A stretch of DNA of 64,000 bases, taken from Paramoeba atlantica. Lineage: Eukaryota > Protista > Discosea. The notes below the pieces were generated by a model, which ran no database searches, was not told the origin of the DNA, and was given only the letters and a program-made list of their open reading frames with translations. Each line of letters begins with the position of its first letter. Position 1 is the first letter of the stretch. Below, piece after piece: positions 38,852 through 49,200 of this stretch. Location: positions 806,001 to 870,000 of the forward strand of contig CDRNVI010000044.1 in the NCBI GenBank assembly GCA_977017575.1. The letters run 5' to 3'. The translations under genes were made by a program, and so were the position numbers.

Positions 38852-40021
38852 TTACGATAACTCTTTTCTATCGCATTCACGTTCGCTTGCCAACTCTTCT
38901 TGTTTGCGAATCTCTAGTACCTGACCGATTCTTATGCGAACCAATTCATGAATATTCCTAGTGATGAGCTCTCTATGACTCTTTGCTAATGTTTCGAAGT
39001 GCTCCACAACCTTTCGCGGAACTTCACCGTAGGACCATGCTTGCTGAAGCATCATGATGCGGACTTTCAATCCCGTTCGTTTAAACTCCGGTTGCTGAGA
39101 GACATGAACGATCCCGCTTCGCAGAAAAAGTGCTTTCGCCGTTATTCTGGACCCTCGCACAAGTCTCGAAGAGTAAAGCTTTTTCTTCTGTGCAGAAGCG
39201 TACACAAGTACATATGGCTTACGTTGTATTGGTGGCAACTGTCTCCAAAGCGTGCGGAGGTAATGCTGTGAGTAATCTCCGTGCTGCTGCATCTCCTTTG
39301 CGAAAACAGCGAACTTACTAGCCGGAAGTTCTCCAAAGAGTGTGACCCACGGTCGGGATCGTACCTCATTGACAATCGAAATATAAAGATCTTGACTATC
39401 TCGTAAAGCCTCGGCACCCCTTAGGTACGCTTTTCTGACCTCCATCTGTTTCTTTTCTTTCTCTTTGGTCATCGCCAATGATAAACAAGTATTCTGAGTG
39501 CCCAGTTTAACAGTCTTCTCGTCGAAAGCTTCAAAGGTAGGTAAACGAGACAATGCAACTGGAGGTGGCGTCTCCTGATGCGACTGATAAACTTCAACTT
39601 GACTATCAGGTCTTGCCTCCTCACCTGATGTGGAGTTTGCAGCGTCTTGGACCGCTTCATTATCTTCCCTTGCTGAGCCACTACGATTCGCGGAGCGATC
39701 TTGGCGTTTTGAGTTTGAACTGGAAATAAACACGCTGTAATCAATGCGGCTGCGCGGTGTCCAGACAAAGTGACGCCGTGCAGCAGCGCTTTCTGTGGAC
39801 GAGGCTGCTGAACTGGCGTTCGTGTCTCCTTCGGTGGATTTATCACTTTTGTTTGGTCGCGGCTTTGTCGTGTCAGATTTGAGCGGGACTCGTATTTTGT
39901 CAGAATTGGCGGAAACAACGCGCGAAGTTGCCTTTGGAGTACATTCTAGGCTGTGTGCTCCTCCGGTGCACCTTGCTTTTGGACCCGCTAATGTTTTTAA
40001 AAGTTGCAATGTGCCCTTCAT
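38852..40021 (-). CDS. HMG-box-like, probably mitochondrial DNA-associated protein (KAP/TFAM-like)
   Basis: Presequence-like start MKGTLQLLKTLAGPKAR. ELPASKFAVFAKEM...LRTLWRQLPPIQRKPY resembles an HMG box, and a second degenerate box follows. Confidence 0.55.
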   Translation of the reverse strand: MKGTLQLLKTLAGPKARCTGGAHSLECTPKATSRVVSANSDKIRVPLKSDTTKPRPNKSDKSTEGDTNASSAASSTESAAARRHFVWTPRSRIDYSVFISSSNSKRQDRSANRSGSAREDNEAVQDAANSTSGEEARPDSQVEVYQSHQETPPPVALSRLPTFEAFDEKTVKLGTQNTCLSLAMTKEKEKKQMEVRKAYLRGAEALRDSQDLYISIVNEVRSRPWVTLFGELPASKFAVFAKEMQQHGDYSQHYLRTLWRQLPPIQRKPYVLVYASAQKKKLYSSRLVRGSRITAKALFLRSGIVHVSQQPEFKRTGLKVRIMMLQQAWSYGEVPRKVVEHFETLAKSHRELITRNIHELVRIRIGQVLEIRKQEELASERECDRKELS

Positions 40022-40476
40022 TGTGTAATAGAGAAAATCTTTTAGAAGAGAATCTTTTGTAAAAAAAAAGTTCTCCAGTGTCGTGCTCCACGTTCTTACT
40101 ATAGTACTACTTACTATAGCAGTTCTTACTATAGTTATTCTGCGGCTAATTTAATAAAAAATATACTAATATTTTCACAGTATGTACTACGTTTATCCAT
40201 GTAAACGCGATTAGGTAATATTTTTAATACCGCGACCTCCGCCAAAAAAACTAACGGGAAAAAAATCTGAAGTTAACGAGAAAAGAAAAAAAAACGAGAA
40301 AGAAATCTGAAGCGAAATGTATTGCATGTCATAACTTTTGATACTGACTTTAATTACTTTTATATACTAATATTTCTCATCTGATCTAGGTGTTGCGGCA
40401 TATAGTGTGAAAAAATGACCACGAATGATTTTCGAGCGGCGGTGGAGATTACGTTTCAATTAGAAAATAAAGTACG

Positions 40477-42117
40477 TCACATGGCACTTTCATTTATCTG
40501 AAAGAAATGATCAATAAACCTTTGTACAGGCTTACTAAATTCAAAATTTGTAGCCTGAATCAGCAGCTTGGCTTTTTCTGTCTCGTCTTCAAATACAAGA
40601 CAAAGTGAAAGGAGGGCTAAAGCCCTCCGAAGAAGTCCGGAATCACAATCTAGCCATTCTTTTTCTTGTTTAGACCCTTTAACCCAAGTGTCTATAGGAA
40701 CTTGCAAAAGCATTTCCAGGGCCTCTGGAATTCGAGACATCATGACTAGAGCTTCTGAACAGTACAACAAGGCTCGTGAAGTATGTTTAATATTTACATT
40801 TCTCTGATGAAGCACTTGTTTCGCATGCCAAAGTGCCGACGTAAAGCTCGATTTCCGAAGAGCCATGTAGGCTGAGATCAGCGCAGTCTCATTTTGATAC
40901 GACACGCAAATATTTGCCCACTCAGGAGCGGAGACGTCTGGATTGTAAAGAGTTTGGAGTTGGCGAATTTTTTCATGACTTCTTTCAATTGCACACTCCG
41001 CATCTTCTAGCCAACGCTCTTTATGGTCCAATTCGTTTACGAGTACAGCCGTGATTTTCTTTGCTTTGTTCAAGCACGCTGACTTTTCGCTCTTCATCTC
41101 AACGGCGGAAGTGTTTGATCTTCGATCCCATTTCTCTCTATCACAGCAAAGTAGAGCCTCATAAAGTAGATTTTGTACATTTAGTGGCAAAAGCTCGGAC
41201 GAGTGCCGAAGCATTGACAGGCAATTCTTGTAATCCTGATTGTCGTAGCGCAAGCGCGACAGTGCGAACAGCATAACGCCACGTAGCGATGCGCTACTTG
41301 CAAGCGCTTGAGCTTGATACAAAAAAGTCTCAGCCAGATTTGGTGTTCCCAAGATCGTGTAGGATGTAGCTATATGAGAGTACAGGACCGCCAATTTATT
41401 TCCTTTCGATGATGCAGTGATGCCTTTCAGATCCGCGTGCAGTGAACGGGAATATAAGGCTAGTGCGTCTGTGAATTCAGATGTAGAAGAAGCTTTTTCA
41501 CTCTTCGACGTCTTTCCGTATGAACGCAGCAGCGCTACAGCTTTAAGTTGCAGCTGATAAGTGAAGGACATGTCACTACCTTCACTCTCGTCAAGTGCAT
41601 TCATACGTTTCCGCTCAGAGCTTAAGAACTGTAACAAAATTTCGGTGTCATCGTGATTCACATTTCTTTGAGCAATCAAAGTCCCTAACATGAGAAGTGC
41701 AATACGAAGAGTCGAATCTGGGGGCAAGTGTTCTCTAAAATGAAACAAAGGTCGCAATCGGGCGAGCGCAAGGTCGTACCACAAATTCTCATATAACATC
41801 AAAGCTTCATTGTACTGCACAAGCTCGTGTCCTGGGTATTCGATACAACACCACGAATCATTATGAACAGTGGGCAGGTTTGTAGCATCTTTGGTAAAGA
41901 CGCTTAATGGAACGATTCGATTAGGTCGGCTAGATATTTCCTGATGAGCTCCACTCCGGAATTCACATAAGGAAAGGTTATATTGTGTCTGGAACCTCAA
42001 AAACGGAGTACAGGTTTCCGTAATTGTCGAAGCCAATCGGGATTTAAGTTCTCCATATTCTTCATGGTTTAGAAGCGATTGGAACTCTTCCGATACTGTG
42101 TCTTTTGCACCAGTCAT
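40477..42117 (-). CDS. CNOT10: CCR4-NOT subunit CNOT10-like TPR protein
   Basis: AYMALRKSSFTSALWHAKQVL...ALLYCSEALVMMSRIPEALEML resembles the CNOT10 C-terminal TPRs. Confidence 0.7.
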   Translation of the reverse strand: MTGAKDTVSEEFQSLLNHEEYGELKSRLASTITETCTPFLRFQTQYNLSLCEFRSGAHQEISSRPNRIVPLSVFTKDATNLPTVHNDSWCCIEYPGHELVQYNEALMLYENLWYDLALARLRPLFHFREHLPPDSTLRIALLMLGTLIAQRNVNHDDTEILLQFLSSERKRMNALDESEGSDMSFTYQLQLKAVALLRSYGKTSKSEKASSTSEFTDALALYSRSLHADLKGITASSKGNKLAVLYSHIATSYTILGTPNLAETFLYQAQALASSASLRGVMLFALSRLRYDNQDYKNCLSMLRHSSELLPLNVQNLLYEALLCCDREKWDRRSNTSAVEMKSEKSACLNKAKKITAVLVNELDHKERWLEDAECAIERSHEKIRQLQTLYNPDVSAPEWANICVSYQNETALISAYMALRKSSFTSALWHAKQVLHQRNVNIKHTSRALLYCSEALVMMSRIPEALEMLLQVPIDTWVKGSKQEKEWLDCDSGLLRRALALLSLCLVFEDETEKAKLLIQATNFEFSKPVQRFIDHFFQINESAM

Positions 42118-42344
42118 GAATTAAGATTGAAATGAATAGATACTCATATGCACCGAATACTAACATATAAAGTGTACCATGATTGTAGCACATAAAGGAA
42201 CGATTATCTGACTTAATAATGTGCGTAATTGTGCACATGTATTTCGATTTGTTCGACTTCGTACCAAACCATTGACTACAAAAAGCAACCAATCAGCACG
42301 CCATAGAAAATTGACTATAAACCCCCTCCACCCACTGTAAAAAG

Positions 42345-43805
42345 TCATAATTGAGCTGACATCATCTCTGACCGATGAATAGAATCGCTGATTTGACGAA
42401 AAAGGTTTATCAGAGATATTAGCTCCGATCTGCCAAGATGCGGGGCTTCATTCGAAAGCACAATCCGAACGGCCGCATTCAGTCCTAGCAGTTGAACCTT
42501 TCCCCACAGTCTGCATTTTTCACAGCTCAGACAATCCATAATTCGTGTAACATTTTGTAGCTTCAAATTCATTTCTTTCACGAAATTTACAGATGGAGAA
42601 CTTGATTTCAAAACTTCCACTTCGTTAAACGGGTCAATGCAAAGCAAGGGCGCAGATAAGAGTCTTTCCATCTGACGAAGCACATGAATGTCTTCTGAAC
42701 ACGGAATACTACCTTGACTGTAATTTGCCGAGAGTAAGGCTGTCCGGGATTTGCTTACCGCACGCATCACAAAGAGGTAAAGTATGTGAAGGTTACGGAT
42801 GCGGTCCTTGTGATCACCCACACGACGACGAAATTCTTGTAAGTTCCATTCCCACTCCGTGTCATGATCAATCACAACGGGTTCATCCGTTCTTTGTGTT
42901 GCGGGACACAGCGGATGATACTTGCCGCACAAATGGACTGAAATCGAAGTATGCAGCCCACTGAGCAGTTGGTAGTACAAAAGTTCTTGTGTGCATAACT
43001 GTGAGGAATTTTCGGAGCGAAAACAATTGTCCTCATAGATCGTGCGCCAGACATTACTGGCGAGCGCCCCAGTGTAATAAGTATTGGATTCTGGGTTAAG
43101 TACCAGATCGACGTACTCCGCTTTTTCGGGACACGGACTAGCTGTTGTGTCCTCCAGGCCATTGGACCACGGAATTTTGCGAAACGCTGTGACGCGACGG
43201 TTAAGCGGGATATCGCTGACGTCACTGGGAGGTAAGTCCATTCCACAATCGGTGCGCAGCGAGGCAGGGATCGCCTCGGGCTCACACTTTCGTACAGTAC
43301 ATGGGGAGGTACCATCCACGGTGGCGCTACAAATCAACTGGACCGCCCAGAAAGGACACGGACGGTTGAGGTCGGCGCGAAAGTAACGAAAATAGGGGTG
43401 TCGGACGATCACGTTGAGGCTTTCCAGAATTTCACGGTGATGTCTTCGGACGTCTTGGACAGAACATCTGCAATGGTCAATTATGTCCCTTTCTATTTCG
43501 CTGGTAGGAAGAGCAGTGTTTAAGCGTTCGTAAATGAACCCCGAGGATGGAGAGGAAAATGAGTAGGACGATTTTTCAAACGGAGAGATAGGGCACGAGA
43601 ACTCCACTCCTTCATGCGGCGTATATGGAGCCGACGTATTTGGTGATGTTAAATTTTGTGGAGAAAAGGGTCTCAATAATCCATAGAGTGGGTTAGAATT
43701 CCAACATCCAGCCAGAAAAAGGATTAGAGGCACGACCAATCTTACATCAGATAAGAAAGACCATAAAAACGATAAGCGTGTCTTTGACTTCGTTTCAAAG
43801 CTCAT
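42345..43805 (-). CDS. ERO1: ER oxidoreductin Ero1
   Basis: YFRYFRADLNRPCPFW, YVDLVLNPE, SGLHTSIS, RIMDCLSCEKCRLWGKVQ. Confidence 0.95.
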   Translation of the reverse strand: MSFETKSKTRLSFLWSFLSDVRLVVPLILFLAGCWNSNPLYGLLRPFSPQNLTSPNTSAPYTPHEGVEFSCPISPFEKSSYSFSSPSSGFIYERLNTALPTSEIERDIIDHCRCSVQDVRRHHREILESLNVIVRHPYFRYFRADLNRPCPFWAVQLICSATVDGTSPCTVRKCEPEAIPASLRTDCGMDLPPSDVSDIPLNRRVTAFRKIPWSNGLEDTTASPCPEKAEYVDLVLNPESNTYYTGALASNVWRTIYEDNCFRSENSSQLCTQELLYYQLLSGLHTSISVHLCGKYHPLCPATQRTDEPVVIDHDTEWEWNLQEFRRRVGDHKDRIRNLHILYLFVMRAVSKSRTALLSANYSQGSIPCSEDIHVLRQMERLLSAPLLCIDPFNEVEVLKSSSPSVNFVKEMNLKLQNVTRIMDCLSCEKCRLWGKVQLLGLNAAVRIVLSNEAPHLGRSELISLINLFRQISDSIHRSEMMSAQL

Positions 43806-44071
43806 AACTTCACTCGGCCATTACATGTACCACGTAAATGAAAGAAAAAAGTAAACGCCTAGCTTAGGAGTCTCGGGTAATGTGATATCGCGCAATTTGA
43901 TTTTACATATTATTATATTTACATATTATTTCAGTTCATCTATACCTTTGAGAGATTGCACGGGGCTGACGATGTACAGAGCAGATAGAATACATGAACA
44001 GAGCAGATAGAAATGAAATTCCACATTGTAGCCAGGTCATCAATTCGTCTTTCTTGTATGCAAAACCACAT

Positions 44072-44677
44072 TCACGAAAAGTTGACCTTATGATACTTGA
44101 TTTTATGCTTGTCTAATGCCTCGTACAGCTGACCGTTTCTGGCAATTTCCATAATAACATCTGTTCCCCCAACAAACTCTCCATGGATAAATAGTTGAGG
44201 AAATGTGTGCCACTGACTCAGCTTCCGTGCCCCTTTTGGTACACTTGGGTGAGCCAATGCGTTGAAAGCGACGTACTCCACTTGAATCGCGTCTAAAATA
44301 TCCACTACGCGTTTGGAATAACCACACCGTGCCTCCTCTGGGGAGCCTTTTAAGAACAAAACAAGTGGTTCTGTGCTTACGGTGTTCAGAACATCGTCAT
44401 AAATTGGATCGGGTTCACTAATCTCCGCCTCAGATGAGGAATTTTGAGGCGTGCTCACAGGAATCGACAAGGAAGGGTCAGCAGGACTAGCGGCTACAGC
44501 CTCAACGGGAGGAAAAACATTTTTTTCACTGTTGTAACGTCGCTGAATTGTGAGATGTGGGCTATCAAGTATTCTAGTGAGATGAAATAAAGGAGTTGTT
44601 AGCTTCGGCGCACGTGGTCTTCCTTTTCCATTGATTAACGAGTAAGGAAGCATGACTCTTCGAATCCGTGACGACAT
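44072..44677 (-). CDS. Monothiol glutaredoxin (Grx5-like, likely mitochondrial)
   Basis: VLFLKGSPEEARCGYS, SQWHTFPQLFIHGEFVGGTD; Arg-rich presequence from ATG 44677. Confidence 0.88.
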   Translation of the reverse strand: MSSRIRRVMLPYSLINGKGRPRAPKLTTPLFHLTRILDSPHLTIQRRYNSEKNVFPPVEAVAASPADPSLSIPVSTPQNSSSEAEISEPDPIYDDVLNTVSTEPLVLFLKGSPEEARCGYSKRVVDILDAIQVEYVAFNALAHPSVPKGARKLSQWHTFPQLFIHGEFVGGTDVIMEIARNGQLYEALDKHKIKYHKVNFS

Positions 44678-44804
44678 CGCTAAAGGAATTTCTATGGAAA
44701 TATGTATTCTATTATGTAGGAAAAATATACAGGATTCAAGAGTCTTGAATACACAGGAATCAAGAAAGGCGTACAGGGATAAGTCAGTTGACATCTATAA
44801 ATCC

Positions 44805-44859
44805 ATACGTTGTGGTTCCGGCACAACGATTTAAAATATACGTTGTGGTTCCGGCACAA
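44805..44859. repeat. 22-bp direct repeat x2
   Basis: ATACGTTGTGGTTCCGGCACAA at 44805-44826 and 44838-44859. Confidence 0.85.
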
Positions 44860-45014
44860 GACAGATTTAGAATCTGTCTGAGAAATATGGTCCGAAGATT
44901 TTTTGGCGATTCATGTTTAATTTACACACTGTGTTAACAACATCTGCTTAGTAAAACCATTCATAGCATCTTCGAGAAAGCAAGAAATCTTAAAACTCAA
45001 GTGTCGGATTGTTA

Positions 45015-46331
45015 TCATGTCAAACGTCGGGGCGTCATAACTTGCGTGATTGTATCTTCCGTGATTTGTGATCGCCTCTCCTTCCATTCTTTGAGAAATT
45101 TGTTAATTGCATCTGAGACATAATTTTTTAAAGCACCGGACGATAGTCCTCCTTCACAATACTCCTTTCCAATTTGAGTATATGTGTCCTCATCCCGCAA
45201 GACATATTTCAAAATATTGTAAGAAACATCGGTATGTTTATTGCCACCGCTCCTCTGAAAATCGGAGAGTGTTTTACATCCTCCACTTACGGCACTTTTA
45301 ATTTTTTTCTGAACTGCATTCTCATTGTCCATGAGTTCGATAACACCATTCTCCGGATTGCTACTACTCATTTTCAAATGGCATCCTTTGAGAGCGGGGA
45401 CAAAGGTAGTATGAATAACACCGGGCTTCTTTTTTCCAAGGCAACCCGATATTCGACGTGTCAACACAAAAAACGGGTCTTGATCAATTGCACACGCTAC
45501 TAGGGCCATAGGTTCCTCCACAACGGAGGGGTCCGATGAAATATTGCGTGGCAAGACGTCCGGAAAGCATTCTGGGAAGCAAGGCGCAGCCTGCAAAGCT
45601 GGAAACGCTAGTTTCCCGACATTGTCATTATCAGTGAAACCAAACGTATTCCTCACGGTGTTTACGGTGAGATTTTTTTGTATACGAAGCGCCGTGGGGT
45701 AAAGGTTTTTAATGTACGATGTGTTTGTGAAAGCAAAGACTCTGCTAGGATCAAGTCCCACCGCAAGTATATCTTTCAGATTTTCACGTGCTAATTTTTC
45801 GGACTCGGTAAGAGAGATATCCCGAAAGAGGTATTTTTCGTCGTTTGTGAGCTGCAAAACCAGTGCAGCATGTGGATACACATGTTCCATTAGATACTTC
45901 GTAAGCTCCAGTGGTACAATATGTCCCAAATGTAAAGATTTTTGACTTGGACCTCTACCTGTGTAGATGTAGACTGAACTATCTTTTTTCAGAGCTACGT
46001 CGAAGTCTCGATGGCTAAAAGCAATGGATCGGGTAAAATAATGATGAGGTAAAACTGGTTTCTCACAGCAAGCTGCGTTTGCTTCGTCTGGAGTATGTGC
46101 AGCATTTCTACTGGTTGCATTGGTAGCGACTCTCTGTTGGAGTACATCTAAGATATTGCTCGATATGGGCTGTGAACGAAATTGTGTTCTGACGCGATCG
46201 TAGTTTAATCCCGACCCAGAAAGGCCTTCTACGTTCCATGGAGTGATACACGCATTGCGCCAGAACCTTTGCGACGTCACTTTGCGAGCAATTTTCTCTA
46301 TTCTCCTTTTCCATCCGGAACACCACTTCAT
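45015..46331 (-). CDS. WARS: Tryptophanyl-tRNA synthetase (eukaryote/archaeal type)
   Basis: ITPWNV, YIYTGRGPS..SLHLGH, DDEK-like NDEKYLF, ACAIDQDPFF, KMSSS. Confidence 0.95.
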   Translation of the reverse strand: MKWCSGWKRRIEKIARKVTSQRFWRNACITPWNVEGLSGSGLNYDRVRTQFRSQPISSNILDVLQQRVATNATSRNAAHTPDEANAACCEKPVLPHHYFTRSIAFSHRDFDVALKKDSSVYIYTGRGPSQKSLHLGHIVPLELTKYLMEHVYPHAALVLQLTNDEKYLFRDISLTESEKLARENLKDILAVGLDPSRVFAFTNTSYIKNLYPTALRIQKNLTVNTVRNTFGFTDNDNVGKLAFPALQAAPCFPECFPDVLPRNISSDPSVVEEPMALVACAIDQDPFFVLTRRISGCLGKKKPGVIHTTFVPALKGCHLKMSSSNPENGVIELMDNENAVQKKIKSAVSGGCKTLSDFQRSGGNKHTDVSYNILKYVLRDEDTYTQIGKEYCEGGLSSGALKNYVSDAINKFLKEWKERRSQITEDTITQVMTPRRLT

Positions 46332-46802
46332 GTTACTTTATGTTCTAGCCACTACTTCGATCGAGAAGTACGTGCGGAGAAGTAGGCATACTCATAAAGT
46401 AGAAATTCCTTTAAATTAAAGGAATTTAAACATTAACATATTTAAAACAATTTATAATTTTAAAACAATTTAAACTTTGACATATTAAATTAATATGTCA
46501 GCAAAAAATTAATCTAAGAAAGGTCTTAAAAATAAAGATATTCCACGACAAATTGTACTATCTACACAGAGTGTGAGCAGTAGGTTATCTGAGATTATCT
46601 TAGATACGTGTATTATCGAATCAGACGGTCGCATATATCCGTATACAAAAACTAATAGTGAATAATTAGCTTAATAATTCCGTAAATTTCTAGCACGTTG
46701 TATTCTAAACTGTTCTGTAGCTAGTTAAATAATCAGTTCGTGTACCTACTAAAATCAATTGGGAGTGCAAAACTATAAAGTTCAAATACGAAGCCCTTCT
46801 CT

Positions 46803-48026
46803 TTAGCTATGTTTGTCCTGTAAGCTTTGACTTCTTTCGGAAAATGCCCCCACCTGTATCCATTGAATTATACCGCATTTAGGGCATGTAGTGTCCGGCT
46901 TAGGAATCCCAAGCACAAGAAGCAGAAATTGGCATTTCGAGGATGCGCATCTGAAAAATCGTTTCTTAGTAGTTTTCTGTTCTACTCGATGTCCTTTGGC
47001 TTGACACGCTGCACTCAAATTTTGGTACCACTTCTGACAAGTGCGACACAGAAAAGCTTGAACTTCTATTTCTTTGATACTCTCGAGTTCCTGCTGAAGA
47101 TTTTCTTTGTATGAATACTGATCTAATTTACCTGCAACTATTTCGTACGTTGCTTTCCGTATTGAGTGCTGAAGATCCTTTTCTGTCGGAGGATTTGTTA
47201 CTTTAAAAGCGCTCAAAAAAGATTGAGCTTTTGGTGTCGCAGCTGCACAGGACTGGATGGCAGATTTGTTTTGTGGTGTAATCTCTCTTCCGTTACTCGT
47301 CCTAGAAGAGTGTGACGCACCTAAAGGTGTCGATTCTATTCGGCATCTTTTTCGTTCATAGAGTGCGGAAGGCTCTGGATTATTACGAACTGAATGCTCT
47401 CTGACTCTCTGAGTGAGACTCTCTGAATGCTCTCTGAATTTCTCTAAGGGTTTCTCACTTTGAAAACGCTTGACTATGTGTCGGACACAATACAGTCCGC
47501 TCTTTTTGTTTACGAATTGCTTGCATGAAGAACCGTCATGCGAAATATGATTGCAGTGGGACAGGTCAGGACTGTGGCCCATAATCTTAACCTCCATTTC
47601 TCTGTTAACGAATATATGCCCCGCTCGTCGTGCGCGTGCAGCGTGTCCTGCGATGAAGAGAACTGATCCTACATCTGTGCTCCAAAATTCGCGATCCACT
47701 TCCGAGGTACTCAAATGAAGCACCACATACATCTCTGAGAATATAGTACTGGAGGTAGCATTGTCCATATCCCACAGTAGGAGTGAATTTGGCTTTCGCC
47801 CTATACAAACAGCAAGTGTACATGGAATTTTATCGGTGAGTGTATTCTGCGTTAAACCCTCCGCAAATCTTCTTAAAGGAAGGTAGTAATGCGTTCGTAA
47901 AATAATTTCTTCTTTGGTATATGCGGCTCTAGATTTCACAATGGTGAACCCGAAAATAGAGCACGGTTCACAAGCTGATGCGGTCGACTGCTCTATCTTA
48001 ACAGAGTTTGAAATTATACTTTGCAT
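46803..48026 (-). CDS. MCM10: Replication factor Mcm10
   Basis: OB-fold (LLLWDM...), primase-like zinc finger GHSPDLSHC...CKQFVNKKSGLYCVRH, C-terminal CRTC...CQAKGH and CPKCG motifs. Confidence 0.85.
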   Translation of the reverse strand: MQSIISNSVKIEQSTASACEPCSIFGFTIVKSRAAYTKEEIILRTHYYLPLRRFAEGLTQNTLTDKIPCTLAVCIGRKPNSLLLWDMDNATSSTIFSEMYVVLHLSTSEVDREFWSTDVGSVLFIAGHAARARRAGHIFVNREMEVKIMGHSPDLSHCNHISHDGSSCKQFVNKKSGLYCVRHIVKRFQSEKPLEKFREHSESLTQRVREHSVRNNPEPSALYERKRCRIESTPLGASHSSRTSNGREITPQNKSAIQSCAAATPKAQSFLSAFKVTNPPTEKDLQHSIRKATYEIVAGKLDQYSYKENLQQELESIKEIEVQAFLCRTCQKWYQNLSAACQAKGHRVEQKTTKKRFFRCASSKCQFLLLVLGIPKPDTTCPKCGIIQWIQVGAFSERSQSLQDKHS

Positions 48027-48399
48027 CCATAAAACTTAGACTTAGAAAAGTCTAGCAAGTGTAGTGTCTCTCGCAGAAGACTGACTGGCATACGAGTCGA
48101 CTCTGATACATTTACTTAAATCTACGACACCCTTAAAGACAGAATCTATTCGAACAATAAAAACTCCTTCTTTTCATAGTAAAGAGCAGCGTGCAAACAG
48201 CAAAACACGTCTAGTAATGAGCGTATTGATTAGAAATCATGTAAATTTATAGCACAAAAGCCTTGATAAAGAAAATAAGTCACCAGGTACACATTTTCTT
48301 AAAAATGAAATTCACAAGATGCAATACCAAAATAAATATAATCCACACTAGACATAGCGGTAAGGTGAATATCCGAAACAATTTCAGGTCGTACATTGG

Positions 48400-49200
48400 C
48401 AAACAAAACTTCAAAGAAAAAAAATCATTCTATTGCATTACTTCAAAACCACCGTTTCAAATTTGCCTAATACATCTCCCCATCATTTCCTTTTTGAACC
48501 CCCTCATTTTCTTTTTCATACTTTCCTTCATAATATACCCCCAAAAAATACAACCCTCCAAAAAAGCCCCCCCCTTCCCCTTTAGGAGCGGCTCCCCCGA
48601 CGACGCTTTGCCGGGGAGTGGGAGTGACCGCGGGCGCCGTGGTCACGTCGTGGAGAGTGGCGACTCGCGCGCTCCCGGGAGTCCGGGCGACGGCGCGGGG
48701 GGGAGCGCGAGTCACGACGGCGGCGGCGGCCGTCACTGCGGGAACGTTCCCGGCGTCCACGTGGGGGACTGCGGGAGGGGGAGTCGTGTCGACGACGACG
48801 GGGAGGGGGGCTGCTGGGCTCACGACGGCCACGACGGGGAGGGGGGCTGCTGGCCTCACGAGGACGACGACGAGGGGGACTACGGGAGTCGTGGCGATGT
48901 CGTGACGGGGTACGGGAGTCACGGCGACGACGTGGGGGACTGCGAGAGTCATGGCGCCGGCGTGGGGGGCTGCGCGAGTCGTGACGGCGTCGAGGAGGGG
49001 AGTGTGAAACTTGGCGACGGCGTGGGGGGCTGCGAGAATCGTGACGACGGCGAGGGGGGGTGCGAGAGTCATGGCGACGACGTGGGGAGCTTCGAGAAGG
49101 AGATTGGTCACCTAAGTCGGGAGGAGGTGCGCCACCCTTCATTTCTACGCGTAAACGACTACTCCCCACTTGGGAGCCACTCGCGTGCAGTGCTCCTGCC
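48400..49200. other. GC-rich skew-inversion island 6 (confounded by SR repeats)
   Basis: A/C-rich ~48400-48600 and G-rich ~48610-49130. Confidence 0.5.

Noticed and set aside
40093-40140. TTACTATAG repeated three times
   Set aside because: Short slippage-type repeat in an AT-rich spacer.
43900-44012. Small duplications (TTTACATATTATT x2; ACAGAGCAGATAGAA x2)
   Set aside because: Local tandem duplications with no further structure.
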